Assembly (NCBI GenBank): GCA_963720755.1
Contig: CAVRGP010000013.1
Location: forward strand, 32,001-96,000
Length of the DNA: 64,000 nt
From: an uncultured Chloroflexia bacterium
GTDB taxonomy: Bacteria; Chloroflexota; Limnocylindria; Limnocylindrales; CSP1-4
Direction of reading: 5' to 3'
The notes under the pieces are model-generated. The model had not been told where the DNA came from and did no database searches. It was given only the letters and a program-made list of their open reading frames with translations. This document shows positions 60,160 through 64,000 of the stretch, one piece after another. The position numbers and the translations under genes were made by a program. Every line of letters begins with the position of its first letter. The stretch's first letter is position 1.

Positions 60160-61902
60160 TTAGAAGCCGCCGCCCGCGCCGCCGCCGCCGCCGCCGGACG
60201 ACCCCCCGCCGAACCCGCCGCCGCCACCGCCCGACGAGGACGGCGAATTGCCGATCGTCCCCAGCGCCGACATCATCCCGCCGATGTCCGGGATGCCCGA
60301 GTCGGAGAACAGGCTGCCGCCGCTGCCGCTCGCTCCGGAACCGAGGAACGGCGTGCCGTTCGAGGTCTGGTACCAGTACGGGAAGTACGCACCCGTGGTT
60401 CCGGCGCGGCCTGCCTTCACGTCGTCGAGCGAGCGCGAGAGCACCGCCTCGATCTCGCCCTGCAGCCCGAATGCCGTGCCCCACACGACCGCCTGGTCGG
60501 GCGTGTCGAGCCAATCGAGTCCGGCCTCGTCCACCACCTGCTGCATCGATCGCGCCTGGGCCATCGTCTTCTGGAGGGTCCGACCATAGGCTGCCAGCAT
60601 CGCCCGGATGACCGCACCGGGCATCGTGACGGCCGGCATCCAGCGAGCGATGATGGCGATGACCACGCCACCGGCGATGGCGGCGCCTCCGATGAGCGTC
60701 ATCCCGGATATCGGGACGTTGACCCCGATGACGACGGCGATGACGCCCAGGATGATGGCGATGACGCCGCGTCCGACCCAACGGTTCACCACGCTGCTGG
60801 GTCGCTGCCCGAACCAGCCCCGATCGACGACATGTACCTCGAGGGCTCGGTCGAACCCGGCCACGTCCGTCCCGAACTTCGGCAGGTCCTCCGAGCTGAT
60901 CAGCCCGCTGCTATCGTCGCCGAGCTTGCGCAGCTTGGAGAGTGCGAGATCCTCAGCCGGTCCGGTCGGGCGACGCCGATTGCGAGCGCGCTGCGCCTCG
61001 ACCTCGGTGTCGCCGGGCTGCGGATCGACGTCGATGCTGACTTTCCGATGCTTGATGATCAGCCCCTCCTCTTCCTCCCGGAAGCTGATCAGACCGCGCG
61101 ACGCGAGATCGAGCATCGCTGTGGTGAGTGCCCGGCGGGAGATGGATCCGTCCATGATCAGCGCGCCGGAGGCCGCGGTCAGGGCCGGTGGCGGGGCGGG
61201 CATCAGGATCGACGGGTCGTCCAGGTAGACCGGATCCTTGCCGAACCGCCGCCAGGAGAACAACGCCCACCCGACGAGGCCCATGAACACGACGGGAGCG
61301 CCGACCAGCCCGAGCACCGCGTTGAATTGGCGCGACTGCTGGAGGGCCGCCGCATGCTCCGGGGTCGCGGCTGCGTCGACCTTCTCGAGCGCGACGCCGA
61401 GCGCCGCATCGAAGTCACCGATCTTCAGGTACGGCAGCATGTCGTTCTCGAAGATGGCCTGGCGCTCGTCGTTCGACAGGTATGCCTGCTCGAAACCGGG
61501 CGCCGCGTAGAGCTGGACCTGGCCATGCTGGAGGTTCGGCTCCATGTCGAAGAAGATGACCATGCCGTCGTTGAACCCGGCCCGGCCGATGCCCCACTGG
61601 TCGATCAACGCCCGGGCCTTGGCGTTGGTCTCGTCGGTCGACGGGTAGGTGCCGCTGTCCTGGGTGTAGACGACGACTTCGGCGCCGGTGCGTGCCTCGA
61701 TCGCGTCGATCGTCGCCTCCGCCTGGGCGATCGCGGCCGGCGACAGGATCCCGGCGTAGTCGTAGACCGCCTGGTTCACCACCGGGTCGGGGAATGGGGG
61801 TCCGGGCGGGGGTGCGGCCGACACCAGGGCGACGGCCATCGCGGCCAGCCACAGCGCGCCGAGCACGGCGGAGACGGTCCGACGCCAACTCATGGCGTTC
61901 AT
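60160..61902 (-). CDS. TPM-domain + DUF2207-like membrane protein
   Basis: VYDYAGIL, WGIG..DG; AMLDLASRGLI; Gly/Ser-rich tail ending GGGF. Confidence 0.85.
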   Translation of the reverse strand: MNAMSWRRTVSAVLGALWLAAMAVALVSAAPPPGPPFPDPVVNQAVYDYAGILSPAAIAQAEATIDAIEARTGAEVVVYTQDSGTYPSTDETNAKARALIDQWGIGRAGFNDGMVIFFDMEPNLQHGQVQLYAAPGFEQAYLSNDERQAIFENDMLPYLKIGDFDAALGVALEKVDAAATPEHAAALQQSRQFNAVLGLVGAPVVFMGLVGWALFSWRRFGKDPVYLDDPSILMPAPPPALTAASGALIMDGSISRRALTTAMLDLASRGLISFREEEEGLIIKHRKVSIDVDPQPGDTEVEAQRARNRRRPTGPAEDLALSKLRKLGDDSSGLISSEDLPKFGTDVAGFDRALEVHVVDRGWFGQRPSSVVNRWVGRGVIAIILGVIAVVIGVNVPISGMTLIGGAAIAGGVVIAIIARWMPAVTMPGAVIRAMLAAYGRTLQKTMAQARSMQQVVDEAGLDWLDTPDQAVVWGTAFGLQGEIEAVLSRSLDDVKAGRAGTTGAYFPYWYQTSNGTPFLGSGASGSGGSLFSDSGIPDIGGMMSALGTIGNSPSSSGGGGGGFGGGSSGGGGGGAGGGF

Positions 61903-63194
61903 CCTGACGTCCCGGTCAAGACCCTGCCGGCCCGCCGCGCCAGGCGCAGACGACCGTCGAGTTCGACGAAGACCTGGGGTGGTCGGGGCCGGCCGTTGTA
62001 GGTCGATGCCAGCGAGACACCGTAGGCTCCGGTGTCGCTGATGGCCACGACATCACCCCGGCGGAGCGGCGGAAGATCGTGCACGCCGAGCGCATCGGTC
62101 GACTCGCAGATCGGGCCCTCGACCCGCGTCGGTTCGAGGGCCACGGCTCCATCCGTCGGATCCACGACGCGCCCGAGAGAAGTGAGGGCGGTGATGGGGT
62201 GGCGAGCCCCGTACAGGGCCGGGCGAAGGAGCTCGGTCATGCCCGCGTCGATGATGACCTGACGGCCGCCGCGCTCGCGAACGTGCAGGACCCGGGCGAC
62301 GAGCCAGCCGGCCCGGGCGACGACCGACCGACCCGGTTCGATGGCCAGACGGGTCGGACGTCTCGGCGCCGGGACAGCTTCGAGCAGACCCGGCATCTCC
62401 CGGGCGAATCGCTCGGGCTCGGGCGCCGGCTCGCCGAGTGGCAGGGACGGGAACCCGCCACCGACATCGAGAGTATCGAAATCGGCCAGGCCACCTCGCA
62501 ACAGTGCGACCAGCGCGAGGCCGTGGCGGACCGCCTCGCGCCAGGCATCGACCGCCTGCAATTGCGATCCGACATGCACCTGCACGCCGCGTGGACGGAT
62601 GGCCCCGGCCGAGTATTCCCGGAGCCATGCCACGACGCCCGTCGCCTCGGTCTCGGTCATGCCGAACTTGGATCGCCCGTCACCGACCGCCAGACCGGCG
62701 ATCGTCTCCGGGGCGACCGCCGGATTGACCCGGACGAGGACATCGAGTGCGGGTCGACCGCGCCGACCCAGGCCCGCCCGGCGGGCCATCCGCGTGAGCG
62801 CCTCCGCCTCATCGGCCGACTCGAGGGCCACCCAGGCCAGTCCGACCCGTCCGACGGCCGTCGCCCTGACGGCGGCACGCAGGTCGTCGTCGGTCTTGCC
62901 CACGCCCTCGAGGGTGATCCGGTCGTTGGAGAGACCGGCCCGGCGAGCGATCGCCCACTCACCGCGCGACACGACGTTGGCGCCGAACCCACGGGCGGCG
63001 ACCTCCGCGACGATCGCCGGGACGTCGTTGGCCTTGACCGAGAACCGTCGCAGCCACGGGTCCGGGAACGCGGCGCGGACGGCGGCAGCCGAGCGATCGA
63101 GCGTCGCCAGGTCCGTGACGTAGGCAGGTGTGCCGAAGGTGGTCGCCGCGGCGAGCAACGGCGAGACGTCGATCGGGTCAGTCCGGGACGACAA
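61899..63194 (-). CDS. lysA: Diaminopimelate decarboxylase
   Basis: FGTPAYV, SVKAN, HVGSQ, LDVGGGF, IEPGR, GPICESTD, GAYG..STYN. Confidence 0.88.
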   Translation of the reverse strand: MSSRTDPIDVSPLLAAATTFGTPAYVTDLATLDRSAAAVRAAFPDPWLRRFSVKANDVPAIVAEVAARGFGANVVSRGEWAIARRAGLSNDRITLEGVGKTDDDLRAAVRATAVGRVGLAWVALESADEAEALTRMARRAGLGRRGRPALDVLVRVNPAVAPETIAGLAVGDGRSKFGMTETEATGVVAWLREYSAGAIRPRGVQVHVGSQLQAVDAWREAVRHGLALVALLRGGLADFDTLDVGGGFPSLPLGEPAPEPERFAREMPGLLEAVPAPRRPTRLAIEPGRSVVARAGWLVARVLHVRERGGRQVIIDAGMTELLRPALYGARHPITALTSLGRVVDPTDGAVALEPTRVEGPICESTDALGVHDLPPLRRGDVVAISDTGAYGVSLASTYNGRPRPPQVFVELDGRLRLARRAGRVLTGTSG

Positions 63195-63567
63195 GCCGAA
63201 CCGCCGCGCTGACGACGCTCAGCACGACGGCGCCCACGACGGCAGCCACGATCGTGGTGACGGTGAGCAGGTCCGGCGGGAAGTCACCGATCGTCAGGTC
63301 GAACCCGGCCGAGTTCGCGATGATCGCGGTCAGGAGCAGCAGCCCGGCATTGATGGCGAACCCGACGAGACCCATCGTCATCAACGTGAGCGGCAAGGCA
63401 AGGGCCCGGACGATCGGCCCGATCAGGCCGTTGACCACACCGAAGATCGCGGCCAGGACGACCAGCCCGATGGTGTCGCCGTCGTAGCTGACGTATTGCG
63501 GCAGGAAGCGGGTCAACACATAGAAGGCGATGGCCGTGACGATGGTGCCGAAGATGAAACCCTTCAA
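63178..63567 (-). CDS. 4-TM phage-holin-family (YvlD-like) membrane protein
   Basis: FGVVNGLIGPI..LPLTLMTMGL..INA. Confidence 0.85.
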   Translation of the reverse strand: MKGFIFGTIVTAIAFYVLTRFLPQYVSYDGDTIGLVVLAAIFGVVNGLIGPIVRALALPLTLMTMGLVGFAINAGLLLLTAIIANSAGFDLTIGDFPPDLLTVTTIVAAVVGAVVLSVVSAAVRLVVPD

Positions 63568-63710
63568 GGCGATGCCTCCAAGCGATGGCTGGATGTGCCG
63601 CAGCGGCTGGATGGGACATGGCCGACCCGGATCCTCGGTGAGGGTCCTCCAGCCGGGCCTTCGCGGTCAAGGACGACGATCGGCGCGCGGTCCCCGTGGG
63701 GCAGACTCAT
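63564..63710 (-). CDS. Possible 48-aa coupled small ORF
   Basis: ATGA overlap with GNAT stop and TTGA overlap with holin start; no recognisable motif. Confidence 0.25.
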   Translation of the reverse strand: MSLPHGDRAPIVVLDREGPAGGPSPRIRVGHVPSSRCGTSSHRLEASP

Positions 63711-64000
63711 CGATCCAGGCGTGCGACGAGGGCGGCCTTCACCGCCGGCCACTCCTGGGCGATGATGCTGAAGTAGGCGGAATCGCGAAGCGATCCGTCG
63801 GCGGTGATCGTGTGGTTCCGGAAGACGCCCTCGAAGGTTGCCCCGATCCCGGCGAGCGCAGTCCGGGAACGCTCGTTGCGAGCATGGGTCTTGAACTCGA
63901 CCCGATTGGCGCCGAGGCGCTCGAAGGCATGGGTCAGCTGGAGCAGCTTCGCCTCGCGGTTCGTGCCGTCCCGCTGATGGGCCGACGCGACCCACGTCCA
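63707..64000 (-). CDS. GNAT acetyltransferase, C-terminal part (5' truncated; absent from ORF track)
   Basis: Manual translation WTWVASAHQRDGTNREAKLLQLTHAFE..RVEFKT..NERSR..GATFEG..RDSAYFSI..EWP. Confidence 0.88.
   Translation of the reverse strand, partial: WTWVASAHQRDGTNREAKLLQLTHAFERLGANRVEFKTHARNERSRTALAGIGATFEGVFRNHTITADGSLRDSAYFSIIAQEWPAVKAALVARLDR

Noticed and set aside
63178-63567. Holin as a prophage marker
   Set aside because: YvlD-like family is commonly chromosomal; no phage genes nearby

Overview
High-GC (~70%) bacterial chromosomal window. Gene content and style suggest Chloroflexota, probably Limnocylindria/Ellin6529-like (inference). It is densely coding, with about 55 genes, and I found no rRNA, tRNA, CRISPR array, integrase or transposase. 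Main blocks: (1) a dispersed pyr region (pyrC end ... pyrK-araC/dinB-pyrD-pyrE) interleaved with a VapBC pair, an ECF sigma/anti-sigma pair and amine-catabolism genes; (2) a CtaA-CtaB fusion with two candidate assembly proteins; (3) a frameshifted beta-CASP nuclease; (4) a non-pyrrolysine MttB methyltransferase plus Rieske oxygenase next to a PotABCD-type transporter; (5) an ACT + archaeal-type DUF5612 + xth operon; (6) MarR-MFS, LLM oxidoreductases and a SIS protein; (7) nickel SOD sodN-sodX; (8) glgX-treY-treZ-glgE-treS/mak plus a large atypical GH13; (9) an arylsulfatase, a LysM protein, TPM/DUF2207 and lysA. The most notable non-obvious signals are pervasive leaderless-type YAnnnT promoters, two genes that appear to need non-canonical starts (ECF sigma, sodX), and a palindromic back-to-back TTGACA promoter whose motif recurs before glgE. 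Also notable are a very acidic duplicated-domain protein coupled to pyrK, a possible new Cu/heme-A oxidase assembly module, and the DUF5612 operon. All functional calls come from reading motifs; no searches were run.
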